From Octopus bimaculoides (lineage: Eukaryota): a stretch of DNA of 35,266 nt. Location: the NCBI RefSeq assembly GCF_001194135.2, contig NC_068985.1, forward strand, positions 95,473,620-95,508,885. Reading direction: 5' to 3'. This document shows, in pieces, positions 22,870 through 35,266 of this stretch; position 1 is the first letter of the stretch, and each line of letters starts with the position of its first letter. The notes under the pieces are model-generated. The model was not told where the DNA came from. It worked only from the letters and a program-made list of their open reading frames with translations, and ran no database searches. A program made the position numbers and the translations under genes.

Positions 22870-23420
22870 TCTTGTCGTGATGATGGTGGAAGGTATCCAC
22901 ACCTTACTTGTTTTTCTAAAATCCACCATAAATGTTCAATAATATTGAGATCTGGGGCCTTTGGTGGCCAGATAAGAAGTTCAACTTCACTAGAATGTTC
23001 TTCGTGCCGTTCAGTAACAACTTTAGCTGTATGAATTGGTGCATTATCATCCTGACAGATTGCGTTTCCCTCCGGAAACAGCGCTGCAACCATGAGATGA
23101 ATTTGATCAGATAAAATGCTTAGATAGACTTCACTAATAATTTTGCCATGAAGGGAAACCATTGGGCCGGCGGATTTCCAAGATATAGCCCCCCAGATCA
23201 TCACAGATCCTCCTCCATGTTTAACAGTTGGACGAAGGCAGTCTGGTTCAAAAGCTTCTTTTGCCTGTCTCCACTTGTATACTCGGCTGGTAGTCAGAAA
23301 TAAGGTAAAGGATGACTCTAGGGACCAATTCTGTAGGTTTTTACTCCACTATAAATGCTTTGCAAGGCTTGTTTTTGAAAGTAGCGGTTTTCTGATTGCA
23401 GTTCTCGAGACAAAATATCT
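22870..23420 (-). pseudogene. Tc1-family transposase relic with D-36-E spacing
   Basis: One frame reads RTAIRKPLLSKTSLAKHL*WSKNLQNWSLESSFTLF..VYKWRQAKEAFEPDCLRPTVKHGGGSVMIWGAIS..QDDNAPIHTAK..WPPKAPDLNIIEHLW. The D codon is at 23046-23048 and the E codon at 22935-22937, with 108 nt between them. Confidence 0.9.
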
Positions 23421-23940
23421 ACGACTTCATTTGTATCCAGTGATGGAGATTAGTTCTTTTGTGAAGGCAAATACATGCGTTGTTTAGAGAGTAGGGTTGG
23501 TCCTGCACAAGATCGCAAGATCTTTCCTCACATTAAAAAAGCATTAGACATAGACAATGTTTGAATTTTAACATCCCGATTAACGCCTCTTTTATGTGTC
23601 ACGTGTTATGGCTGGCTGTAACCGATAATGGCAGAACACTCAATGAAGAGTCTCATGAGATGAAGGCATATGTTAGCGCGGGTGACACACTTCCTGAACA
23701 CGTGCTACAAGATCGTTGCTTCATCTGTGGAAAAGAGTGTAATGTCTTAACCTAGCAGGACTGAAAATAGGCAAAGAAAAGTGCAGTGAATCTGATGTGG
23801 GGAGTGGGAAACCCAACTTTTCGGACAAAGTCCCTCAGAAAAAACTGAGGAAGGACTCAATATGAATCATGTTCTACTCCCAACAGCAAGTTTATACGAC
23901 ACATTTTGCCTTATTTTACTGCAGGTATAGATGCATGTAG

Positions 23941-23987
<47 letters not shown>

Positions 23988-24011
23988 TGTATTTACATAT
24001 ATATATATTAT

Positions 24012-24213
24012 TTTATACTTTTAATTGTCTCACTCATTTGACAGTGGCCATGCTGGAGCACCGCCTTTAGTCGAGCAAGTCGACTCCATGACTTATTCTT
24101 TCTAAGCCTAGTACTCATTCTATCGCTTTATTTGCCGAACCGCTATGTTACGGAGACGTAAACACACAAGTATCGGTTGTCAAGCGATGTTGGAGACAAA
24201 CACAGACGCACAA

Positions 24214-24253
<40 letters not shown>

Positions 24254-24414
24254 CGCGCTTCTTTCAGTTTCTGTCTACCAGATCCATTCACAAGACTTTG
24301 GTCGGCCCGAAGCTATAGTACAAGACACTTGCCCAAAGTGCCACGCAGTGGGACTGAACCCGGAACCATGCAGTTGGGAAGTAAGCTTCTTACCACACAG
24401 CCACTCCTGCACCT
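24012..24414 (-). mobile_element. SINE family C, full length, with expanded internal (CA)/(TA) microsatellite
   Basis: Collinear with 21008-21390. Confidence 0.92.
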
Positions 24415-25077
24415 ATATACATATATTTGTNNNNNNNNNNNNNNNNNNNNNNNNNNNNNNNNNNNNNNNNNNNNNNNNNNNNNNNNNNNNNNNNNNNNNN
24501 NNNNNNNNNNNNNNNNNNNNNNNNNNNNNNNNNNNNNNNNNNNNNNNNNNNNNNNNNNNNNNNNNNNNNNNNNNNNNNNNNNNNNNNNNNNNNNNNNNNN
24601 NNNNNNNNNNNNNNNNNNNNNNNNNNNNNNNNNNNNNNNNNNNNNNNNNNNNNNNNNNNNNNNNNNNNNNNNNNNNNNNNNNNNNNNNNNNNNNNNNNNN
24701 NNNNNNNNNNNNNNNNNNNNNNNNNNNNNNNNNNNNNNNNNNNNNNNNNNNNNNNNNNNNNNNNNNNNNNNNNNNNNNNNNNNNNNNNNNNNNNNNNNNN
24801 NNNNNNNNNNNNNNNNNNNNNNNNNNNNNNNNNNNNNNNNNNNNNNNNNNNNNNNNNNNNNNNNNNNNNNNNNNNNNNNNNNNNNNNNNNNNNNNNNNNN
24901 NNNNNNNNNNNNNNNNNNNNNNNNNNNNNNNNNNNNNNNNNNNNNNNNNNNNNNNNNNNNNNNNNNNNNNNNNNNNNNNNNNNNNNNNNNNNNNNNNNNN
25001 NNNNNNNNNNNNNNNNNNNNNNNNNNNNNNNNNNNNNNNNNNNNNNNNNNNNNNNNNNNNNNNNNNNNNNNNNNNNN

Positions 25078-25295
25078 ATGTTTTGTTGTTATCTTTCACT
25101 AGCTTTAATCACTCTTTGCAACCATGCTGGGGCACCACCTTGAAGAATTTTAGTCGGACGAATCAACCCCAGCACTTGATTTTTTTTTTTTTAATGTGGT
25201 ATTTATTTCATCCACCTCTATTGCTGAACCTCTAAGTTGCGGAAACGTAAGCATATCAACACCGGTTATCAAGCGGAGACAAACACACACACACA
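25078..25295 (-). mobile_element. SINE family C-like 3' half, diverged
   Basis: gcaaccatgctggggcaccacc..ttagtcg..caccggttatcaagcggagacaaacacacac. Confidence 0.65.
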
Positions 25296-25372
25296 TGATT
25301 TTGGCTCATGATTTTGATTTCTGCAGTGTTCCACTGCAGATATAAGATTCTGGACGGAGAGTATAAGACTAA

Positions 25373-25568
25373 TTTCAAATTTTGGCACAAAGCCAGCAAT
25401 TTCAGAGGTGAGAGTAAGTCGGTTACATAGACCCCAGTTCTCGACTGAGATTTATTCTATCGACCGCGAAAGGATGACAGGCAAAGTCGAACCCGGCGGT
25501 ATTTGAACGTAAAGATGTACGAAATGCCTCTAAGCATTTTTTTCCGGCGTGCTAACGATTCTGCCAGC
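25373..25568 (-). mobile_element. SINE family A
   Basis: Runs from ttcaaattttggcacaaagccagc to ccggcgtgctaacgattctgccagc. Confidence 0.85.
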
Positions 25569-26066
25569 AGTTTCCTTTGGATGGAAAATATAAGATTGGC
25601 ATCACTCACCTCATCTGGGATTATATTTCTCTGGAATTCCTTAACTATGTCTTCCTTCTAACTTACAATCCCCAGTACTTCAAACTAATAATTACTATTT
25701 AATCCTATTATGTTATCCTCAAGGATAAACTAAAAAGACTATGTGCACCTCCTTCAGATCTATGGATAAGCAATTCACTTTTTATTAAAACCACAGACAT
25801 GTTTGCGATCCGTTCTTGACTTTGCAATTGTTGTATCTTATTAGCCTAAAGCAAACTCACAGCTGACATAATCAAAATCATTTCTTCATCTGACCGATCA
25901 AAAGCTATTTTCCCAACATGTTCAACTTGTCTTCCAATCATATCGGTATTTGAATACAAAGTTTTCGTCATCAGCAATAGTATCAACGCCAGATAATGGT
26001 AGATTAATTTGCATATTAGCATCTTGAACATATGAAATCAAATATCAGAGAAAATTAGTCATTACA

Positions 26067-26350
26067 TGAATTCAAATTCCACCAGGGTCGACTTTACTTT
26101 TCATCCTTTCGGGGTTAATAAAATAAGTAACAGTTGAGCATTGGGGTCGATGTAATCGACTTAATCCTTTCTCCAAAAACTGCTGGCTTTTGAAACCAAT
26201 ATTAAAAATGCTTTGTGGTATTTGTTCTGATTCTTTACATTCTCTGTTCAAAACCCACGGGGATAAACTTTACCTTTCGGTTTCGATAAAATACCAGTTA
26301 ATGAAATAAAGTGTCCCACCTCATAATTGTTGTTCTTGTGCCCAAGCCAG
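26067..26350 (+). mobile_element. Two degraded SINE family A fragments in tandem
   Basis: gaattcaaattccaccagggtcgacttt..catcctttcggggt..gtcgatgtaatcgactt, followed by a more eroded copy. Confidence 0.6.
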
Positions 26351-28959
26351 AAACTATAATTTTTCGATGGTGTGGGGTGGAGATGGGTTCTCTCCACATT
26401 AAAATGCAACTACATCTTCTCAAAAAAGTATATCACTTATTTCACAGATAATTCGTCAGCCACAAAGTAATATTTGCAATTCTATTAATGTTTAAAATAA
26501 CGAAACATTACGAAATATAACGAAACGAAAGGTTGCCCTACCTTGAGTCTGAAATTGTTGGCTATGATAACAAATAATATTTACATTAACATTTTAGCTG
26601 TTAGTTTGTTAAAACAAATGTTTTTAAATTAAAATAGTTTACGATAACTATCTTGTAAACAAGTAAATATTTGGATTGAGATATTTTAATGAACTGTTGA
26701 TATTGTTGCTAATGAGACAATCTTAGTATACAAACACTGACATAATTGAAAGAAAGATACCTTTATAGAGATCGTGTTGAGAAGATAGTTTGCTGTAGGT
26801 TAGATGACAAATCATTTTGTTTATCTCGGCAATCAATTTGCTTTAAGGTATTAGTTCAGAAGTTAAACTGAGAGCTAGTCGTAGGATCACAAGTTCAAAC
26901 CTTACTGTAAACGTAACTGTGCATTTAAAAATAGTTATTGTTTTTTTATAAATAGGTCTGAGAGAGAAGGTGCACATAATCTTTTTAAGCCATCACTGAG
27001 GACGACATTATAGGATTAAATCAATACATCTTTAATTTGGAGTACTAGTGATTACAAGTTAGAAAAAAGACATACTTAGTTTAGGGATTCTGAAGAAATT
27101 CAGCGCCAGAGGAGCTAAGTGTTACCAATCTTATATTATTCATCTTAAATCTATATACATCTCTTTATCTGAAGTTATATAGATAAGCAGTACCTGTGGA
27201 AATTCCATGGATCATTTTGCGGTACAATATATCAGCCATAACAACCTCCCCCCACTATAATAATATTCTGTCATTTCCTTCTTAATCTTCTGAATAACCT
27301 TATCTTTTCTCCTTTTTTTGTCTTCTATCCTGTTTTCTCATTCTCGTTTGCGTAAAATAGGCTTACATATATCATCGTTCATATTTTACCTTCGTTCTTA
27401 ATCAACAAATCTTAATTTTTTCTCAGCTTCAGTATATCGTTCGTCATACGACACCTCATACACACATGCACCTGCACACACACACACATACAATTAATTG
27501 CCATCATACACGTGTGTGAGTGTGTGTATGTGTGCAAGTACCAGTAACATCGTTTGAATCTCATTTTCTCTCTCTCACCCTCTCTCTTACAAACACACTT
27601 TTATGCTACCATTTCCAGGGTAACAGATCTTTTACACTACAGGAAACTATCGTTAACACTAATATAACACATGATAATAGGAATAAAAAACCTCATCAGA
27701 ATGTTAAACCCAGGAAAGTCACAAGTTCTAGCCTACACACGTATTTTGCCTTTTCTTTCTCTCTCCCACTCTGCCTATTCTATCACTACAACAGTGATCT
27801 CTGCTCCTTGTAGCTTCTTGGATTCGTGCCACATCTTTTCAGATAATACCGAGCAACTTACCGCGTTCCTAGTCATACCTATATTATGCCCACCCTACCA
27901 AGTCCTACATTAGTCATTCTACTCAGCTTTCTCCTCCAGCGATGATTTTCTACTGTTACTGGGTAATGTTCACTGAGTGGCTACCATTAGTCTTGGAGGC
28001 ACTGCAAAGACCAAAGTCACAATCAGTTCCTTCTAACCAAACTAACGAATATAATAAAAGAAACTGAACCCTATAACAAATTTTTTATAAGTGAATGTTT
28101 AACATTCTCCACTGATTACTTGTAATACATTATCATCCATAAATATCTCTTCACTCGGTAATAATATCCTGTCATTTATTTCATAATCCTTTGATTAATT
28201 TAAAGGAAATTTTGTCAGTTCCCGTCTCTCATATTTTCTCTTCTAGCGTGTTTTCTCCTTCTGGCTTGTACAAAATATTCTTGCCTAACATCACAGTTCA
28301 TATTTTCTCATCTTTCTTGTTTAACAATTGTGTGTAAATTTTGCTACGATGCTATCAAGGAAATAATATCGCCAAAAACAATTTAGAAAAGTTTTATATT
28401 TCAATATAAACTAAATTATTTGAGGAAACAAAATACAGACATTGGAAGTGAATAAAACAAATCGCGTTCTGTGACACAATTCAGAGTAAAATTTTAAATT
28501 CATGTATGGAACGATGCTAAGTTATATATTATAAAAGAATTAACAAAGAAAATAACTTGTTTTTTTTTTTTTCAGAAAAACTTCAACGAAACAAAACTAT
28601 AAATTCAATATGTTCCCATTAAAACGAAGAGACTGCGTTTCTTTGTTTCTTGTCTTCCCCTTTTTCTTTCTGTGATTATTAGCAGTAAAAAGCACTTTTT
28701 TTTTTACAAAAACATTTGTTCATATTCGATCAAAATAAAATTCAAAGAAATAACTTGCATATAAATTTAATCTTATACACTCGCACGAACTAATATTATT
28801 TACTGTTTGAACGTTTTTTTTTTATATACACTGCACAATGATTGCTATAAATTTTAATGTTATCAGCAATAAAAGAACATTGAAGTGACAGAAAGACTAG
28901 TGTACCAAAGAAATAAATAATTTGCGATATTATATTTTCATTCCCTACATTCGTATTTC

Positions 28960-29125
28960 GTGGAGGTACATGGCCTAGTGGTTAGAGCAGTGGACTCACG
29001 GTCGAGAGATCGCGGGTTCGAATTTCAGATCGGGCGATGTGTGTGTTTATGAGAAAAATACCTAAGATTCACGCGCCTCCAGCAGAAGATAATGGCGAAC
29101 TTCTGCTGAAACTTTCGCCACACAT
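28960..29125 (+). mobile_element. SINE family B-like head and partial body
   Basis: gtggaggtacatggcctagtggttagagcagtggactcacggtcgagagatcgcgggttcgaat contains A and B boxes and is homologous to 17954-18056. Confidence 0.75.
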
Positions 29126-30011
29126 CTTATACGAGTATATGCATATATATATATACACACATATAAATATGATAGTATGTATGTATCTGTGTATATATAA
29201 ACTGTATTTTTTTGTATAATTATATATTTTTAATATAACAATACATAAAAACGAGCTAGAGTTGAAATGCTCAGCATGAGCTAGAATTCCAATTATAGTA
29301 ATGTATTAAGTCTTACTATAATTTGTATGTGTATATATATGTATGGATATATATATACACACACACGTATATTATAACTATATGCACTTATCTTCCAAGA
29401 TATGGGCCCCTACTACTTACACACATTCCTATGTCCCCGACTTTCTCTTGTTATCTACCATTCATTTGGCCATAGTTGATTCCCTTGCCTGTTCCGTATT
29501 CCTCCTCCTCTAACATTTACTAAAACACTTGTGTCCAACTACACAGCAAAATCTTTGCGCTCCCAATATTTCCCATAATCTAATTTATTTGCTAAAAACC
29601 CTCGAATTCTTATTAATTGGACATACATTCTGTTTCTGTTTTTTTTTTTTCTATTTCAAAAACCTTCACTTGCTACTAACCCCGACAGCTCTATGAATAA
29701 GAGTTTTTCATGTGCCAATTAACCCGATTTTCGCAAACATAGTCATGCCAAATAAATTAAAGTTGTGCACGTTTATTAGTTTTTCTTTATTTCTAATTAC
29801 TAAAACGACATTGACGCACACCCCATTAATCATGTCACTAATTTCTAACCTCTACAAAAAAATAGCTTTCATACGAAACCAAACTATACTGCATTCATTT
29901 TTAACACATCTGAACTGAACAAATACAACTCCATTTTTAAAAAATAACCTCACAGTCCAAGAAATTTTTCCTAATGTTTAAGTATTCGTTACCAATATTC
30001 ACAAAGAAACA

Positions 30012-30468
30012 AGGCAGCGAGATGGCAGAATCGTTAGCACGCCGGTTGAAATTCTTAGCGGTATTTCGTCTGCCGTTACGTTCTGAAATTTTGGGGGAGG
30101 CGGGGCCAGTTGATTATAGTGACCCCAGTACACAACTGGTACTTTATTTATCGACCCCGAAAGGACGAAAGGCAAAGTCGACCTTGGCGGAATTTGAACT
30201 CAGAACGTAACAGCAGACGAAATACCGCTAAGCATTTCGTCCGGCGTGCTAACGTTTCAGCCAGCTCGCGACCTTTAAAATTTTCTTTTCTAATCTAGGC
30301 ACAAGGCCCGAAATTTTGGGGAGGAGCCCAATCGATTAGATAGACCTTAGTACACAACTGGTACTTAATTTATCGACTTCGGCGGAATTTTAACTCAGCA
30401 CGTAACGGCAGACGAAATAATGCAAAGTATTTCGCCTGGCGTGCCAACGTTTCTGCCAACTCGCCTCT
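30012..30468. mobile_element. SINE family A cluster: plus-strand head 30012-30086 fused to minus copy 30083-30274, plus a second minus copy 30290-30468
   Basis: The 75-bp arms at 30012-30086 and 30200-30274 are reverse complements with about 9 mismatches. Confidence 0.9.
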
Positions 30469-32502
30469 TTATTCTCTGCTTCTTCATTGTACTTACTATT
30501 AGACGTAGTCGTACATTCTACATTATTATCTTACACCTGGTATTAAATCAAGTATTAAACACTTATAATATGCAAATTAGTTACACCAGTTCCCTCAAGC
30601 TAACGGATATGACGTGTATGTAAATGAACTGATTACGTGTTTCCCTGGGATTGGTCGTGATGTACACACCTCCCTCTGGTGAGAACCCGATAAGGGTTGA
30701 AAACCGATTAAGACTGTTCATTTTTTTTTTCTCTGTCTACATCGAAATATGTAAATACGTAAAACTGCTTATATATTTACTCCGTGGGTTTGCATGTATG
30801 TAAGAGACTCCCACGCGCAGTTTCTGTCTGCCAAGTCATACGGACAAGCTTCAAGTTAAAGTAGTTGACGTATGTTCAAGATGCAACACAGCTGAATCAG
30901 TCCCTGAACTTCGTGATTGCACACCAGATATTGTAATCACATAGCCATGCTAGAACTCAATTTCTGAACAACACAGCTATATTAAATAACAATTTAAGCA
31001 AATAAATAAAAAGTAAGTTTCAAACCAAATATGAAAGTACCGCTGGCTTCTTAGCAACTAATTATTTCGTCAGTCTCGGCTGAACACGCCAATAGTTTCT
31101 AAAATAATTGAACACTAGTTTGACCGTCAATGAGACCAAGTATAATACGGCCTACCATTTAGCTAGAACGTGTTTCAGAATATAATTGTACTACTTAAAG
31201 TAAGAATATAAATACATTCCAAAAATAATGACTGGAACATCTGTAGGAAGTTAAACCGATTTTGTTAGATATAAATAATGGTTTGTCAATGATTGCTTTC
31301 CGCCATTGTTTCACGTAGCTGTGAATAGCGTTAATCGACTGACATTAATCTCTACATGCTAGAGTGCTTTTGACATAACATTGTGAATTTCTTAGATGCA
31401 ACGTAACACGTTCCTACTGTATATTTTGAATCAACTAGCATAATATCATAATACCCGTCTCACAAACGGAGAAAATTATATGTAAACAGACATTCTGGTT
31501 GTATGCCTTAAATGAATGTTCCAATGATTTAAGTAACATCAAAAGAAACTCGATGATTTATTTCTTTGCACATACATTGCGTGTGTGTACATATGTACGT
31601 GTGTTGGTGTTTCTGAGTGTATGCATACATAGGTTTCATGTGTATGTTTTTTTATATATATATATATATATANNNNNNNNNNNNNNNNNNNNNNNNNNNN
31701 NNNNNNNNNNNNNNNNNNNNNNNNNNNNNNNNNNNNNNNNNNNNNNNNNNNNNNNNNNNNNNNNNNNNNNNNNNNNNNNNNNNNNNNNNNNNNNNNNNNN
31801 NNNNNNNNNNNNNNNNNNNNNNNNNNNNNNNNNNNNNNNNNNNNNNNNNNNNNNNNNNNNNNNNNNNNNNNNNNNNNNNNNNNNNNNNNNNNNNNNNNNN
31901 NNNNNNNNNNNNNNNNNNNNNNNNNNNNNNNNNNNNNNNNNNNNNNNNNNNNNNNNNNNNNNNNNNNNNNNNNNNNNNNNNNNNNNNNNNNNNNNNNNNN
32001 NNNNNNNNNNNNNNNNNNNNNNNNNNNNNNNNNNNNNNNNNNNNNNNNNNNNNNNNNNNNNNNNNNNNNNNNNNNNNNNNNNNNNNNNNNNNNNNNNNNN
32101 NNNNNNNNNNNNNNNNNNNNNNNNNNNNNNNNNNNNNNNNNNNNNNNNNNNNNNNNNNNNNNNNNNNNNNNNNNNNNNNNNNNNNNNNNNNNNNNNNNNN
32201 NNNNNNNNNNNNNNNNNNNNNNNNNNNNNNNNNNNNNNNNNNNNNNNNNNNNNNNNNNNNNNNNNNNNNNNNNNNNNNNNNNNNNNNNNNNNNNNNNNNN
32301 NNNNNNNNNNNNNNNNNNNNNNNNNNNNNNNNNNNNNNNNNNNNNNNNNNNNNNNNNNNNNNNNNNNNNNNNNNNNNNNNNNNNNNNNNNNNNNNNNNNN
32401 NNNNNNNNNNNNNNNNNNNNNNNNNNNNNNNNNNNNNNNNNNNNNNNNNNNNNNNNNNNNNNNNNNNNNNNNNNNNNNNNNNNNNNNNNNNNNNNNNNNN
32501 NN

Positions 32503-32700
32503 TTGGTCTCCAAGCAACAAGTGACCATTCCGAAAGCGTGAAAACCACTCGCAAACTTGTTTTGCTCATGGCAGCGTCATTGTGAGCTGTTTGAAGCTTG
32601 GCATCTGTTTCGGCCACCGTTTTCCCCAACAGAGAACAGAATTTCACGGAAGCGCATTGTTCCTTCGTTTCAGCCATCGCAAAAAGCGATGAACAGTAGA
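32503..32700 (-). pseudogene. Mariner transposase N-terminal (HTH) relic running into a gap
   Basis: ATG at 32677 gives MAETKEQCASVKFCSLLGKTVAETDAKLQTAHNDAAMSKT. After a 1-nt frameshift it continues VCEWFSRFRNGHLLLGDQ, fitting the mariner EQR..IKFC..LGK...ET..ML..AY...AMS...V.EWF.RF motif. Confidence 0.85.
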
Positions 32701-33706
32701 GAATCACTGCAAAACAATGGCGCACAACGTGACATTACGACTGCACACGAAGACGCCGGTCGGAAGACTGATGGCTGAAGGTTGTATCAAGTGGTTTCTA
32801 GCGGTGGAAGTATGAACTACAACTGGCTTGCCCCACAGAGAACCTATTTATATATATGCATGCAGTAACCATGTATGTATGCGTGTGTATATATATGTAT
32901 GTATGTATAAATATTCTATAATTATAAACATTATAATTAGGGGTCAGCTAATTGCTTCACCACATACCGAATTTAGAAATAGGAGTTAAAAATTCATTTT
33001 CTACTACTGTAAGAATCTCCACGACATGTATGTATGTATGTATATATATAGAGAGAGAATAAGTAGTGAAGAGGAAGAAAAGAAGAGATAAATGTAAGAC
33101 AAAATTTCCAGCCCATATCTTTCTTTTACTCCCTACTTCACTCTTACATTTCTATATATTTCCTCGCCTTTCTTTTGTTTTTCGTTATTCTCTCACGCAG
33201 TCTTTTCTCTCTTGCTCACACTTCCACCACCCACTTTCTCTTTGTCTCATCAATTCGGTTTATCACCCTATAACTTGCTCTCCCTTCTTCGAAGCTGCAA
33301 CGCATGCGTTTTCTATTTTATTTACTACGCTGGAACATTTACAATAAAAAGAAAGCATCTCAGGATAGCCGAAGCTTTCGTCTAGTAAGATCTCTATTAA
33401 TTCTTTAAATTCAGTTAAGTGATTAATGTACGTCGAAAACATATGTTTTCTTTCACATGAAGATGTAAATAGAAAAAAACGCAAATATTTATATATCATT
33501 AGACATATGTATCAACGAAATTACCCTGAGTTTTGTAAATTTAATCCAAATAGATTTTTTGTTCGAAAATGTACAAACGATCGGTAGCACCTGCCGGAAA
33601 CAACTTTTAGCAAGTGTAGCAAACAGCAATGTAGTGATATAAACAATACACAAGTTCACGATTAAATAGGAATGGAGGGTTACCCATCAACTAATTTGGG
33701 GAAGTA

Positions 33707-33927
33707 TACGAGGAGCTGCTGAAAAGCTCCTGATTTTAAGAGTATCGGGAAAGGCCTAGTTGGAGGCCCAACCTTCCGAGTTCTTTTACGGGACTTAGAA
33801 AAACTGAAGGACTGCTGTAATAAGTGTGTGAATCTGAGAGGGGGATACATTGACTAAAATCATAATTAACTGATCCTCTTGTATTTTCTTTTACCCAAAG
33901 CCAGGAACTTTACAGCACCCTATCGAA
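33707..33927 (+). mobile_element. Mariner-derived MITE, second copy
   Basis: TIRs ta-cgaggagctgctgaaaagctcctg and aaagccaggaactttacagcaccctatcg. The interior encodes LEKLKDCCNKCVNLRGGYID*, like a mariner C-terminus. Confidence 0.85.
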
Positions 33928-34934
33928 CTTTTGCCGCCATGTGAAATATGGCATACATACAACAATTATAATTTAAATTTTGTTAAACTATTTTCGACCC
34001 TTAAACAAAAGGACGTAAGGATACAAGTTTTAAAAAAAAAAGTATTTCCTGCCTTAAGATAAAATCAAATAAAAGTGCAACTCATCTCATAACTGCTCAG
34101 TCATTTAGTCACTCACTCCCTTCTTCGACGCCTTTGTAATTCTTTTTTCCCACTCGTCTGTCAGTTCGTATGTTAACTTCCCAGTAACTCATCTTTACTT
34201 TCTCCGAACCTCTTAACATATGAAGTGAAACGTGACTAGTGAATTGACTAATCAACGAATCACCCAATATTTATATCGACTATTAGTATAGAAATGTTTA
34301 CAGGTATATTTCAGTTATCTGTAACCTATTATTGGTCAGTGTGTGTTATATTTTGTCTATTACTGTCTACATACATACGATGCGTAAGTGTGTGTCAAAT
34401 AAATCAGTGTTTAATGTGAAAATGTCTACTTTGACGGGCGATTCTACTTTGAAAGAAGGGATAAATTCTAAAATATATTGAAAATTAATTTTTTATGTAA
34501 AATACCGAAACAAACACTTGATAAATTATATTACGATATAATTTATCAGAATCTGTTAATGGATACCATTGCCTGTTTCTGGTTCTAATTTTCTTTCTAC
34601 CCCATCTCACCTTTTTTTTGTGCTGTTTTATTATTAGAAATATTACTGATCATATATGTACAATTTTTCTTTCATTTTTTTATAAATAAATTTTTACTTT
34701 TGCTTATTTATAATGTTGCTGCTGACTCTATGCAAAGCTTTGGACCATCAATTTACTTATTGAAATTAAAAGTAATTTATCTTATAAAATTCCTTCATAC
34801 CAGATTTAATCTCTGTCAAGTTACACCGGTCAAAGAATATTATCCAAACTATAAAGGCATTGTTCCTCTGAACAAAACAACTCAAATATTGATTTGCACA
34901 GATCAAAATGTTCGTGAATATGCTATGTTGTCTT

Positions 34935-35245
34935 TGTGGTTAGAGTACTCGGCTCACGTCACGACCGTAAGGTCGTGAGTTCAATTCCCGGCAACGCGTT
35001 GTGTCATTGAGCAAGACACTTTATTTTCATGTTCCTCCAGTCCACTCAGCTGGCAAAAATGAGTAGAACCTGTTTTTCAAAAGCATCAGCCTTGTCACAT
35101 TCTGTGTCGCGCTGAATTTCCCTGGAAACTACGTTAAGTGTCTGTGGAGTGCTCAGCCACTTGCGCGTTAATTTCACGAGCAGACTGCTCTGTTGATCGG
35201 ATCAACTAGAATCCCCTTGTCTTCGTAACCGACGGAGTACTAGAT
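34935..35245 (+). mobile_element. Hybrid SINE: family E-type head and middle with a family B-type tail
   Basis: 34994-35065 matches the middle of 20724-20968, while 35068-35240 matches the 3' half of 10069-10437 and 14551-14921. Confidence 0.85.
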
Positions 35246-35266
35246 CAATATATATATATATATATA

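Noticed and set aside
23561-23755. ORF containing CFICGKEC, zinc-finger-like
   Set aside because: Only one CxxC, followed by a stop, with no second ligand pair or splice support.
27200-27270. Minus-strand NIIIVGEVVMADIL, resembling a LINE endonuclease GDFN motif; also IADD near 25975
   Set aside because: Too degenerate to call without a profile search.
4515-32700. All four protein-coding TE relics lie on the minus strand
   Set aside because: With four elements this is not significant, and SINE orientations are mixed.

Overview
AT-rich eukaryotic DNA dominated by transposable elements and microsatellites, with seven N-gaps (about 2.9 kb). The SINE families resemble those I recall from octopus (coleoid cephalopod) genomes; this is an inference, not a database result. 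I found no supportable host protein-coding gene, genuine tRNA/rRNA gene or CRISPR array, and most long ORFs in the track are artefacts of gaps or microsatellites. Four real protein relics are present, all on the minus strand: the C-terminus of an R4/Dong-type non-LTR retrotransposon flanked by (TAA)n tracts, a Tx1/L1-type ORF1 with a CCHC zinc knuckle, a Tc1 transposase with D-36-E catalytic spacing, and a mariner N-terminus. Non-coding elements include about 30 copies or fragments of tRNA-derived SINEs (called families A, B, C and E here), some built from swapped modules. There are also two long-TIR MITE-like foldbacks, two copies of a mariner MITE and a Helentron/DINE-1-like (HINE) end. I cannot claim a wholly new biological system. 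The best leads are stacked TAA-targeted insertions in a SINE tail, SINE module swapping, the DD36E Tc1 and the HINE-Tx1 junction.
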